64,000 nt of DNA from Psilocybe cubensis (lineage: Eukaryota). The position numbers were made by a program, and so were the translations under genes. The DNA is taken from the NCBI GenBank assembly GCA_017499595.2, contig CM039008.1, positions 2,914,001 to 2,978,000 of the forward strand, given 5' to 3'. Below, one piece after another: positions 26,568 to 38,213 of this stretch. The notes beneath the pieces were generated by a model. The model searched no databases. It saw only the letters and a list, made by a program, of their open reading frames with translations, and was not told the origin of the DNA. Each line of letters opens with the position of its first letter. The first letter of the stretch is position 1.

Positions 26568-27746
26568 ATGTCTTCAAATATTAGCAACTCTAAGGAAAGC
26601 AAACGCACAGCAAGGACGGATGACCTGGCTCCGCCGCCAATGCCAGTCATTCCAGATAACCTGGCTCCACCCCCTATGCCTGTTATTCCAGATAACCTGG
26701 CTCCTCCCCCTATGCCAGTCATTTCATCTAACCTGGCTCCGCCCCCTATGCCAGTCATCCGGAAAGACCTGGCTCCGCCGCCAATGCCAGTAATTCCAGC
26801 TAACCTGGCTCCACCCCCTATGCCTGTCATTCCAGCTAACCTGGCTCCGCCGCCAATGCCAGTAATTCCAGCTAACCTGGCTCCACCCCCTATGCCTGTC
26901 ATTCCAGCTAACCTGGCTCCACCCCCTATGCCAGTCATCCGGAACGACACGGCTCCGCCGCCAATGCCTGTCATCCGGAACGACACGGCTCCGCCGCCAA
27001 TGCCTGTCATCCGGAACGACACGGCTCCGCCGCCAATGCCTGTCATCCGGAACGACACGGCTCCGCCGCCAATGCCAATCATTCCAGATAACCTAGCTCC
27101 TCCCCCTATGCCTGTCATTCCACCTACCCTGGCTCCTCCCCCTATGCCTGTTATTCCAGATACCCTGGATCCTCCACCTATGCCTGTCATCCGGGATGAT
27201 GTGGCTCCGCCGTTGATGGCAGCACATGTTTCATACACGTCTGTCGTCGACAAAATCATTATGGACTCTCGTCCAGCTATTTCCTCTGAGAGGAAGCAAG
27301 GTCGCTATTCTCCACCCCCTGAAGCATGCCACCTGCTCCTTCAAAACCCTTATTTTCGAACCTACGGCAGGTTTGATCCCATGGGCGGCTACCCCGGTTT
27401 GCCTCCCACCCAGTCTGACATTGAGTTCGAGGATGTGACAGATCAGACGGCATATTTTAACCCTCCTTTTCTATATGTATGCACTCAGATATTACCAAGC
27501 ACTAGATACTGACAACTATTTTAGAATTATACCGAGCAGCAGCTACGGGCAACATACGACCAAATAATCGACAGTTCCGTCGGCGACAATAGTTATGACA
27601 GCAAGGTCACAACGTTTAAGAACCTCCGCCTGCATCAGCTGCAGTCAGAAATTCTGACTTATAATGCGCTGGAGGAAATTGACGCTGGGCTGGCAGGGAT
27701 TGAATCGAGTTTGGAAAAGCATTTGTATACCGGTAGAGATGAATAA
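26568..27746 (+). CDS. KDZ cargo protein with 12-aa xxLAPPPMPVIx repeats (2 exons)
   Basis: Exons 26568-27476 and 27525-27746; silent variation among repeat units on this strand. Confidence 0.72.
26619..27218 (+). repeat. 36-bp coding minisatellite, 16 full units plus 1 partial
   Basis: GGCTCCNCCNCCNATGCCNGTNAT core repeated in tandem. Confidence 0.95.
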
Positions 27747-27824
27747 ATTATTTTTGGAGCCCTTGTGCTCATTGATTCGCAATACCTCTCAAATATCCCT
27801 CCCTCTCTGGGAAGATACGGGTCA

Positions 27825-28141
27825 AATGGGTCCGTCTGACAGCACAACACGGGTCAAGCGGATCCGTCTGCTTGCAATACACGGGATGCAAATGGACCCG
27901 TCCGGCTCATTTCCGGCCCGTGTTTCTTCCGTGTAGGTAGACGCGCGGATCCCGCAGGCCACCCGGCGGCTCCATTTAGCGCTAAATGGCACGTCATGTA
28001 CGCTATGATTTGCCAGGCTAAATCACACGTACATCACGCTAATCTCCTAATTAGGTAGCGGAAGTAAATCCACCGTGTCTCACGTAATATCCTTATTATT
28101 AAATCTTAGGTAATGTACGTTATAAATAAACTGTCTTATGT
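27825..28141 (-). repeat. Right TIR of KDZ element (317 bp)
   Basis: Exact reverse complement of 12576-12892. Confidence 0.96.
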
Positions 28142-28144
28142 AGC

Positions 28145-30837
28145 AGACGCATAAACCTTTCCCTGGAGAAGCAGAAAATCGATCCACGGTTCCTGGAGAG
28201 CGAACCATGAGTGACGTATGGGGTCCTATCGGAATACGCTCGGTAAATGGATTTTATTACTACATTACGTTTATGGACGACGCGAAGCGATACAACGGCG
28301 TGGTTTTCTTGAAGGACAAGAAGGAGGCGGCGAAGGCGATTGAGAATCATGGGGAGCGAGTGAAGAGGAGGTTTGGGCAGTATCCGAGGTACATTCGCAT
28401 GGACAATGGCAAGGAACTCGTGAACGAGCGGATTAAGAAGTGGGCGGCGGAGAGAGGCATTGAAATCGAGACGACGGCGCCATATTCCCCATCTCAGAAC
28501 GGCGTTGCAGAGCGCTACAATCGTACGCTGTTGGAGCTAGCACGTGCGATGATTATTGCAAAGAATTTACCTCTCTTTCTCTGGGACGAAGCGGTCAATT
28601 ACGCGAATTATTTACGCAACCGCGCGCCTACTCGAGCACTCGACGACAAGACACCATATGAAGGCTGGCACAACAAGAAACCGGATGTTTCTCACCTTCG
28701 GGAGTTCGGATGCGATGTATGGGTGTTAGACGAGACGAAGGGGCTTTCGAAGCTCAAGCCACGGTCGAAGAAGAAGGTATTCGTTGGTTTTAATGAAGGC
28801 TCGAAGTCTGTGCGTTATTACGATCCCAAATCGCGCACAGTGAAGTCATCGCGAAACGTATCGTTTAACGAAAACGAAACGCCGCAGAACGTCGAAATTC
28901 CTGGATTATCGTCTGAGGGGGAGCGTAACGAATCGACAGACGTTAAATCCAGCGAAAACGAGCCAGAAACCGTCAAGAACGAACCTATTTCGTCTACAGC
29001 ACCGATTCCACAGCCCAGCATACGTCGATCAGCTCGTGAACACAATTTCATCGATTACAAGAAGGCAAACAACCCAAATGCTCGTTTACCGACTACACGA
29101 TCCCAAACGACTCCAAACGCACCACAAATCGCTACAAAATCGACCGAGACCTCGAGCGCAAAGTCTACAGCAACGGAGCAAGCAAACATTGTCAAAGAAC
29201 AGCTGTGGGGCGCGATTTTAGACGATTCGGAACGTGTCTTCGCCATGCGCGAATCGGACGTACCTCGGACACTTGAAGAAGCTTTGGAAAGCTGTGAGGC
29301 AGCTGCGTGGAAGGCAGCTATGGACGAAGAAATCGAGACGCTTTTACGGATGGGTACTTGGGAGATGATGAAGATTCCGGATGGAAGGAAACTGGTTGGA
29401 TGCCGTTGGGTCTACGCGAAGAAACGGGACGAAAACGGGAACGTCATCAAGTACAAGGCCCGACTAGTCGTTCAGGGATGCTCTCAGAGACCTGGTACAG
29501 ACTACAGCGAGGACGGAACATTCGCACCAGTCATGCGATTCGACACGCTACGCTCGCTACTCGCATATTCGGCCGTACACAATCTCAAGATGCGTCAATT
29601 CGATATAAAGGGTGCATATTTGCACGGTTACATCTCGGAGGAGATTTATATGGTCCAACCACCCGGTTATGACGATGGCACTGGTCAGGCATGCCGTCTC
29701 ATTCGTTCGCTTTACGGTCTCAAGCAGGCAGGAAATGTATGGAACCATGAACTCGATAACGCTCTCACTTCATTCAGTTTTACGAAACTCAAGAGCGATT
29801 ACTGCTGCTACATCCGTCGAGCTGAAAACGGCGATTTTACAATTTTAGTTACCTGGGTGGACGACATAATCAGTTTCTCAACGAACGACTCGCTCAACGA
29901 CCAGCTGGAGCGTGAATTAGGCTCGAAATTCGACGTTAAATCGATGGGTCAGCCCTCGATGATGCTAGGATTTAAGCTCGAGCAAAAGGACCATTACATT
30001 TCGCTCTCGCAAGCACACTACATCGACAAACTCCTCGAGAAGTTTGGTTTACAAGACGCGAACCCCGTTTCGACGCCTATGGACCCGAACGTGCGATTGG
30101 ATAAGGATGAAGGTGTTCGGGAGGATGGAGACGGTCAGGGGGAGGTTAATTCACGTTTAGGATTCAGTTATGCAACGGTCATCGGCTCGCTCATGTATCT
30201 GGCACTCGGAACTCGTCCAGACATCGCGTTTGCAGTATACAAACTCGCGCAATTCACCAGCAAGCCAAAATCGACTCATTGGACCGCTGTCAAACGTATA
30301 TTTCGTTATCTGAAGGGCACGCGCAATCACAAACTCACTTACGGCGGCGATTCGCAAGTTTTGGACGTAAATCTCAATGTTTATTGCGACGCCGATTGGG
30401 CTGAAAATTACGATCGGAAGTCGACTAGTGGATACGTGGTTACGATAGCAGGCGGCGCTGTGGCATGGAGCTCGAAGAAACAGAATACGGTCGCACTTTC
30501 AACCGCTGAAGCCGAATACGTTTCCACAACACATGCGGCGAAGCAAGTCTTATGGCACCGCTCACTCTTCACGGAGCTCGGTTTCCACATCCCGTCGACG
30601 TCAACCATCTTTACCGACAATACGGCAGCCATTTCGATTGCGCATCATCCAGAATTCCATGCCCGTACGAAGCACATTGACATTGCATTTCATTTCCTAC
30701 GCAACTTGGTGGAGAAGAAGACGCTCGACACTGTTTACATCAACACTTCAAACAATTTGGCGGATATATTTACGAAGGCCTTACCTCGAGTTGCACACGA
30801 CGGCTTCATTTTGCAGTTGGGAGTTTTGGCCGACTAA
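28145..30837 (+). CDS. Copia pol 3' part (integrase, reverse transcriptase, RNase H)
   Basis: SDVWGP, RMDNGKE, QNGVAERYNRTL; KARLVVQG, FDIKGAYL, SLYGLKQAG, WVDD; CDADW, STAEAEY, LADIFTK. Confidence 0.96.
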
Positions 30838-30844
30838 GGGGGAG

Positions 30845-31025
30845 TGTTGGAATGATAGTCGGCGAGCGACTTCGTCGCTAAGTCGTTATCTTTCTCTTGT
30901 AGTTTATCTTATCATATTTTTTCTAGATCATTCTACTACAGGTTCCGTAGCTACTGTAGGTACAGGTGTATAGTTACGTCGTGAATCGATATCTTTTACC
31001 ACCACTGCGCATTTTACTTACAACA
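30845..31025 (+). repeat. 3' LTR (181 bp)
   Basis: Preceded by the polypurine tract 30836-30844; followed by TSD ACCTC. Confidence 0.97.
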
Positions 31026-32225
31026 ACCTCCGTCATGTATTACATTCGCGAAATGAGAGGATATTTGCGCGCACTCGATTCATCCCGAACTAAAACGAAG
31101 AAAATCAAACGCACCTTGAGTGGAAAAAGAACACCCTAACCATATAGCCCACCTATAGCATCGTTCAGGAAGGAAAAACATGCAGAGGCAGTAAATAGAT
31201 TCCTGATATGTCATCTTTGATGCTTTATTTTCCACTCACAACTTGTTTTTTGTATTTCCGCGCGATTCCACTGTTATTGTTAGGCTCGAGCGCGGGTGGG
31301 GGACGATGTAACGAGAACAGGGAGCAGAGACGACCGGGGAAGGCGGTCGCAAGAGAATTAGGTGCACCAAATAGTGGCAAGCGCCAGGTCGTGTAAGCAA
31401 TATGCGCGAGCGGTTCGTTAGGTGCAGGCCATATTATGGTTAAGCGAATGCGAATGCAATTGATTCTGTGGATGGCAAGGGTGTGGATCCAAATTAGCCA
31501 TGCGTAAAAATAAAAGGGTTAAAAGTGTTGAGCAGAAGCCATGTTCGTTCGTCGTGATGCCATTGTACGTCGTCAGTTCCTTCAGGATAGAAAGAGTTGC
31601 GAAGAGCAGAGCAACCTCAACGGACAGAGTCGGATCAGAGCGGATGTGACACGTGTGTATGTAGTGGCTTTTCTCCGACATATTTTTAATCTCCGATAAG
31701 GTTTACTACAGTTCCAGGCTGTATTTTTAAAGCTGGAGACAGTTACAATGCAACTCGCAGGAATCAAATTACGTATGGCGCTAAATTCCTACACATACCA
31801 CAGGGATACGTCATTAAAATGGGCATAATTAGCCAAAGATTCATACACTCACCAAATTCCAGCAAAATCCCACTCACACGTCTAAAAATCTCAAATTGAA
31901 ATTCTTGCTGCGGGCCCCGCTAATCGCATTTGATCACTTACCATACAAAGTAACCTCCTCGGCACCAATATGCCGATTGGCTTCAACATAGTTTTTTGTT
32001 ACTCTGTATGGTCTTTTCCTGCCCAAATTTTCCCTCATACGGTAGGTATGCGTGATGATCGCCAGGTAAGGTATGATTTGCGGCGATAATCATAACCAAT
32101 CCGCCTATTTTTTTTTGCTTCGTGTATAACCTACGGCATAATGGGGGAAGGGGACGCTTGGACGTTTGTCTTTGCTTTATTGCATTCAACTAAACTTTAA
32201 CAACCCTGCCCCACTCAATCTCAGA

Positions 32226-32822
32226 ATGGCTGTGAGTGTATTCCGAGTCCCATATTCCGTATTCCTGTATTGCGCATTGTTCACTTGGACTCACATTTTT
32301 GTGTTATGTCTCCTTCTAGTCCTCCCGCAGCACCCCATGCCCTAAGTGTAACAAAACCGTCAGCAAGCAATCTGATTTGGCGAGGCATATAGCCTCCCAT
32401 AACGAGGCCAAGTAGCCCAATTTCTCTCCTCCGCTTCATTGTTTTACCAATGCAACCCTTTTGCTTTTCAGAGACAGGCCATTCAAGTGCATCGAGTGCA
32501 CTTTTACATCGAACACGACAACCGGGCTCAAAAATCACTGGAGAACCCAGTAAGTACCCGTCCTTATCAAGCCTACTTACTAATGCTTTCTCCAACTAAC
32601 CAATCCACACATCACAGTACCAATGACCCGTTGAGGTGTCCCTACAGCGGATGCGAAGCCAGAATAAACGATTCTGGGAATATGCTCCGCCATTGTGAGC
32701 GCAAACATGGGTATATACCACAGACGCGGGCACACAGAGCTTCCGCCGCGTCATCCACTTCCTCCAATCACCAAATTCCTTCCTCCTCCTCCTCCTCCTC
32801 CTCCTCCTCCTCCTCCTCCTCC

Positions 32823-32869
<47 letters not shown>

Positions 32870-33302
32870 GTACTCTTTACACCCATTCGCCCCACCTCCT
32901 GCATCCCATTACCCTTTCCCCTCTACCTCCACCTCTACCTTCACCGCTTCCACATCGCTGTCTACACCCTCATCTTCATCATGCAGGATCACACTCCCAT
33001 CTATCGCAGAACTCGATAGATGGACCGCCGCGCAGCGCGCACACGATGCATATACCGGTGCGACATCCCGGAGACCCGCGCATCGCCCCAACTTTGACAT
33101 GGGGATGCGTATTCGGGGGTGGCGCGCCGAGCCGTATAGCTCGGCATATGCGTCTAGGTCGCGAACTCGACCTCGAATGAGGACAAGGATGCCTCGAGAA
33201 GAAGATGGTGAACAGGGTGGAGAAGATAGTGGAGAGGCAGGATCGGTGTTCTTGCACCATCCTTACCCTCATATGCATCCGTATCCATGGCCTGGGTATT
33301 AA
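32226..33302 (+). CDS. Three-finger C2H2 zinc-finger protein with poly-Ser (4 exons)
   Basis: MA|SSRSTPCPKCNKTVSKQSDLARHIASH | FKCIECTFTSNTTTGLKNHWRTH | CPYSGCEARINDSGNMLRHCERKH; ITLPSIAELD motif. Confidence 0.85.
32781..32870 (+). repeat. Compound microsatellite (TCC)14(TCA)15TCG encoding 30 Ser
   Basis: Read directly from the sequence. Confidence 0.95.
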
Positions 33303-34729
33303 TCGAGAGACTCAACGTTGGAGTCTGTGTTGAGCAAGGTGTTGTTTCTTGCGTTCCGATTTCTTCGCTCGGTTAACATATCATTTTAGCACTCCTCGAT
33401 AGAGCTTGGATAATTAAATCCAACCAGAAGCGCGATCGATCCATGGCGGTTCCTGTGCCTGTACGGCTACTCTACATTATCCATCCCATCTCCATCTCCA
33501 GCTTAATTTCGACCGCAACCCCTACTTCGACATCCATTGCTCTCCCGATACAAAACCCGTTTTTTCATTACTCCATACCCTTTGTCGCATCGCGTAGCAA
33601 ACTTTACATCACTTCCCTATCTATAATCACATTCTTAAATTTAGTCACTCACAGTACATATTTTAATGTTGCATATACACAGTTAGAATTCGACCATCAG
33701 AGAGCGCAAAAATGATACAGCTACACTATCCAGTTAATCCATTGGTACACAGAAATGCTCTCACGCAACTTACCTCGACACACCGACACAGCGCAGGCGC
33801 CATTGCCCTTCTCCGTTGATTGACTGGCTTACCCCCGAATCATCCCATGCGAATTCAGATATCCTATCCTCAGCCTCGCATCCAACGTCCGGTGTGGGAG
33901 ACGCAGTCGTGTTTCAATTGGACCCTTCGAGGGTAGAAGTCGGGTCAAAGGGTTCTTTTTCAGCGTCGTGGATGGGTGGCGGTGTCAAAGGGTTTTTTTA
34001 GCGGGTGGCAGTGTCAACTGGTTCCAGACCTTCGGTCGTGGATTCAGGCGGAGATTTGTGTTCGGATCAATTGTATCCGGTTTCGACCGTTCACCCGCGT
34101 ACAACTTTGTACGGTCAAGTTAATGTGGATGTAGTAGCAAAGTAGGTGATGTGTTTCAGAAAATGATATATTGAATTTGACAGAGTGTCAATTTCTTATA
34201 GTTTGAGTATTCACTTAATTGTTTCTTCGATTCGTCGGTCGAAGTCCTGGGAGACCTGGGAAATCTACGCGGTAAATAGAGAACAAAGGCCGATGTGCTT
34301 CTGTGGTACTTATGGATGCAGTACGGCAATACAACCCAGTGGATTGCGCATGACAAGAACAATGAGGAGGTTTTATAACTGTCAACCTGATAATCTAATG
34401 ATAATTCAGCTGGGTTCAGTGGCCTCAGCAGATCTGATAATCGACGGTTAGTGGCTTATCGCTGTATTTCTTCTTCTCGTACCTTCGACCCGTACCATGC
34501 ACATACTACTTTTTCATGGAACAAGTTGCTACAAGTCACCAATGGAGACTTTGCATTATTATCTGTCTATTGCTACATCACATTATGTTGAGTCAACGGC
34601 GGCAGCCTCTGGGAGACTCAAATGTCGGTGACGGCAAGCGGTACTGTTATCCCAATTGTCTGCGTTGTTTTTTAGCTGCGGGAATCACTATTGTTTTTGT
34701 CTTCCACCTTTAGTCAACGACGTGTAGAC

Positions 34730-34840
34730 TTCCGGCATGGAGAGAAGACGAGGCATTTGGCTACACACCACAGGGCCAAGTAAACCAATTTTCTCTCCTC
34801 CACTTCTCTTTTTCACCAATGCACCCACTTGATTCTCAGT
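34730..34840 (+). pseudogene. Fragment of zinc finger 1 plus intron
   Basis: RHLATHHRAK|gtaaaccaattttctctcctcc matches 35015-35065 and 32381-32432. Confidence 0.55.
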
Positions 34841-34875
34841 GACAATGAATTTAGTGGAACATCGGCCTTGTATGC

Positions 34876-35413
34876 ATGGCTGTGAATCTATTCCTGTGTT
34901 GCGCATTGTTGTTCACTTGGACTCACATTTTCGTATTATGTCTCCCTCTAGTCCTCCCGCAGCACCCCATGCCCTAAGTGTGACAAGACCGTCAGCAAGC
35001 AATCTGATTTGGCGAGGCATATAGCTTCCCATAAAGAGGCCAAGTAACCAAATTTCTCTCCTCCGCTTCATTGTTTTACCAATGCATCCCTTTTACTTTT
35101 CAGAGGCTGGTCATTCAAGTGCAGAGTGCACTTTTACATCGAACACGACAACCGGGCTCAAAAATCACTGGAGAACCCAGTAAGTACCCGTGCTTATCAA
35201 GCCTACTTACTAATGCTTTCTCCAACTAACCATTCCACACATCACAGTACCAATGACCCGTTGAGGTGTCCCTACAGCGGATGCGAAGCCAGAATAAACG
35301 ATTCTGGGAATATGCTCCGCCACTGTGAGCGCAAACACGGGTATATACCACAGACGCGGGCACACAGACCTCCTGCTGCGTCATCCGCTTCCCATCTCGT
35401 TACATGCCTATAA
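34876..35413 (+). pseudogene. Recent truncated duplicate of the 32226 zinc-finger gene
   Basis: Near-identical to 32226-32760; TGCATCGAGTGC has become TGCAGAGTGC (2-bp deletion in finger 2); C-terminal half absent. Confidence 0.85.
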
Positions 35414-38213
35414 TTGCCTAGAATTACACCCTTAGTTTTACCCACTCACAATACATAGTCTTCATGTCATATCACCAATACTCTGCCGGAATAATATTAT
35501 CGGTGAGACAGACACGATATAGCTACACCATCCAATTATCCCAGAGGCACGCATATGGTATTGTTACACTTCCCTCTACTTCGACCTAACCACAACTCAG
35601 ACTTCGTGGCCCTTCTACTGTTAATCGAGAAGCTGCTCGTCATCTTTATACCCAGTTGATACGCCTTCGCATATCCCTATCTAGGGTCCAAAATTCCAGC
35701 TGACCCAGTGCCGTCGTTTTCGAGTATGAGCGACGGGTTGCGGGTGAAAGTTGAGCCAGAGATCTTCAACCTTGGTGGTCGGGCGGAGACTACGTAATTT
35801 GGATCAAGAGAATCTGGGCTCACCAGAGCCCAGCTCCCACCACATATTATAGTTTGCAAACCTATGTGCACAAATATACCATAGTTTAGGGAGTTTCTAA
35901 CGAGGGAAGCACACTTAGGTCTGATACAACACTCTAGCTATTTAGCTCAATAATCAGTACATAGTCAAGTTGATTCGTCGGTCGCAGTCCTAAATGGCCT
36001 GGGTAGATATTATTAGCATGTCCCGTGGGTTTTTCCCGGTGCAAATCATGTAGGCGAGGAATTTATGCTATGGTACAGGGTGCTATACGGACAATATATC
36101 CGTTGGATTTCGTATGGCCAAAAGAATGAAGAGGTTTTATGGCTGTCATTCTGTTAATCTAGGAATCATTGACACTGTCACCCCGTGGAAACTATATCTG
36201 AACTATTGGGTGAGGCTGAAGTGAGAGAGTAAATGAGTTGAACTGGCGCAGCAAGTAAGGCAAAATGCATCAAGACACATTACGAGAACACGGCACAGAA
36301 AGCGTCAAACGCACTATTTTGGCATTCGGACGCACGCGGGTTCGCCGAATTGAAATGTATACGAGCTCACTCAACGCGCGTCGCGCGTCGCAAACAAAAA
36401 TTACAAGGACAGTACAAACGCACCTTGTCTAAAAACGACGATGCCCCAATTAATTCCATGGACAGAGCTTTGAAATATGTTGTTTTGCTGTCAAAAAATG
36501 ATGTGAGGCATAGTACTAAGGAGAGGTGGAAGGGGTGAACGAAACGAGTCGACATCTCAGAATCGAGAGACGCAAGAATTAATCAAGAGAGTGGACGAAC
36601 ACGAAGCAAAAAGTGTCAATCAGTGGGATATATGCGCGCGCTCAACTCGTCCGAAACAAAAAGAAAAACAACGCACCTCGGCAGACAAAAGAACACTACT
36701 AACGCCACATCCTCCATCTATAGCATCGTTTGGTAAGAAGCACAACCAAGAGGTCATTAAAGGCTCGTGATTTTTTCAATTTTTCACTGCATTCGATAGA
36801 AAATACAGCATTGATGGGGACGGGATATGGGGACGCGCGGGTGTGGAAAGGTGAGAGCACAGCGGCTCAAGCGATGCGTGTGGTGCGGTGCCTCATGAAT
36901 GGGAGTAGTTCATATGGGAGAGTACACCTGCCTACTCTGTCGTGGGTCTGCTATGTACGGTACAATTGCATATGTGAGTGTAGATGCGGATGTGGATGTG
37001 GAAAAGTTGCGCACCCCATTTGCCAAGTTCCATCCTATCGATTTCGTACCCGTGTTCTTTCCCACATTATATTTCTACCTAGGAACGGGAAAGGGGATGG
37101 GTTGCAAGAGGATCGTGTCAGCCAGACGAAAATGCGTCGAAGGCCAGAGCAAAGTGCAGTATCACCAGGACGGCACGACAACGGTTGTGGAGCAATGATG
37201 CAGCCGTCTGGGAGAAAAGTGACACAGCTACACCATTCAATCAGCCCAGACCAATAGAGCGAAAAATGGCATCATGCAACATACCTCGACCAACCACACC
37301 GCAGACGACCATCGCCCTTCTCCGTCAACAGGCTGCACCACAATCCCTCAGTTGGTCAGTTTATATCCACCCCTGTTTCGCGGCGAGTGTTAAATCCATC
37401 GTATGAGATGCTATCGCTTCCAAGCTCGAGCCTTTATGGTTTATGAGATGGAAGTTGGGTACAGGCGGCATTTCAGCATCATCGTTCACGGACTGCCAAT
37501 TCTCAAATTCGGGCGGAGATTATAATTCGGATCAAGAAAATCCCGGTTCACCCGAGTCCAACTACCCCTATGTGTGGAGAAATAATGGATTTCAGGCTAA
37601 GCAAAAATGTTACGCAGGTAAGCAGTTCTAGCTGTGCAAAAGTGATATATTTATAACTCTATACAATAGGATATGTATGACTTTCGTAATAAATATGACA
37701 TGCCGTAGCAAGGTGCGGACAAACAGCACCAGCGTCCAGCCGAACGGCAACACAGATCGCAAATTGATTTCCCACGTTTCACTTTCTTTTCTTTATCGTC
37801 CACCACAAAACAAATTCTACCCATCGTTAGTTCTTCAGTAGTTCCAATCAATCCAGAATCGCAGAAATTGCTCGATTCACTTTTCTTTTCCCACCCTTAC
37901 CCGCCCTTGTCATCATGAATTATTTGTAAATTTTATTAGTTGCATCATAGTATAGTATCGAACATGTAAATAATTTTGGTCGCATCTGACATCCTCGATA
38001 GCTTGTTGAGCTGAATTTAATCGCAGAGAGGATTTCCCGCCCACCCAGCGGCTCAATCCGCTCTGCGTGCCCGCCTTGAGCTCACTCAAGCACAGCCCAA
38101 CCCTTTTTGTTTGGTTTAGCAAGCGATCGAGGATAGATGAGGCCGGATGTCGATGATGTACGGTAGAATGTTGTCAGTGCGAGAAACCCATTTCGCCATT
38201 ATTTTTCGATCTA

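Larger units (their letters stand above)
12575..28141. mobile_element. KDZ (Kyakuja-Dileera-Zisupton) DNA transposon carrying TET/JBP, ~15.6 kb, six genes
   Basis: Identical 317-bp TIRs; AGC duplicated at the flanks; excision restores the copia ORF; encodes a CxC2-KDZ transposase and a TET/JBP protein. Confidence 0.94.
10822..31025 (+). mobile_element. Ty1/copia LTR retrotransposon (~4.6 kb without the nested KDZ element)
   Basis: TG...CA LTRs 10822-11002 and 30845-31025; TSD ACCTC (10817-10821, 31026-31030); PBS GGTTATGGGCCC; PPT AAGGGGGAG; gag-PR-IN-RT-RH order. Confidence 0.97.

Noticed and set aside
26528-27259. Gly-rich MTGIGGGAR repeat protein on the minus strand
   Set aside because: Antisense of the 36-bp repeat; the plus strand has the spliced continuation and unique C-terminus
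32596-33180. Poly-Met/Arg and poly-Pro/His ORFs
   Set aside because: Alternative frames of the TCC/TCA microsatellite
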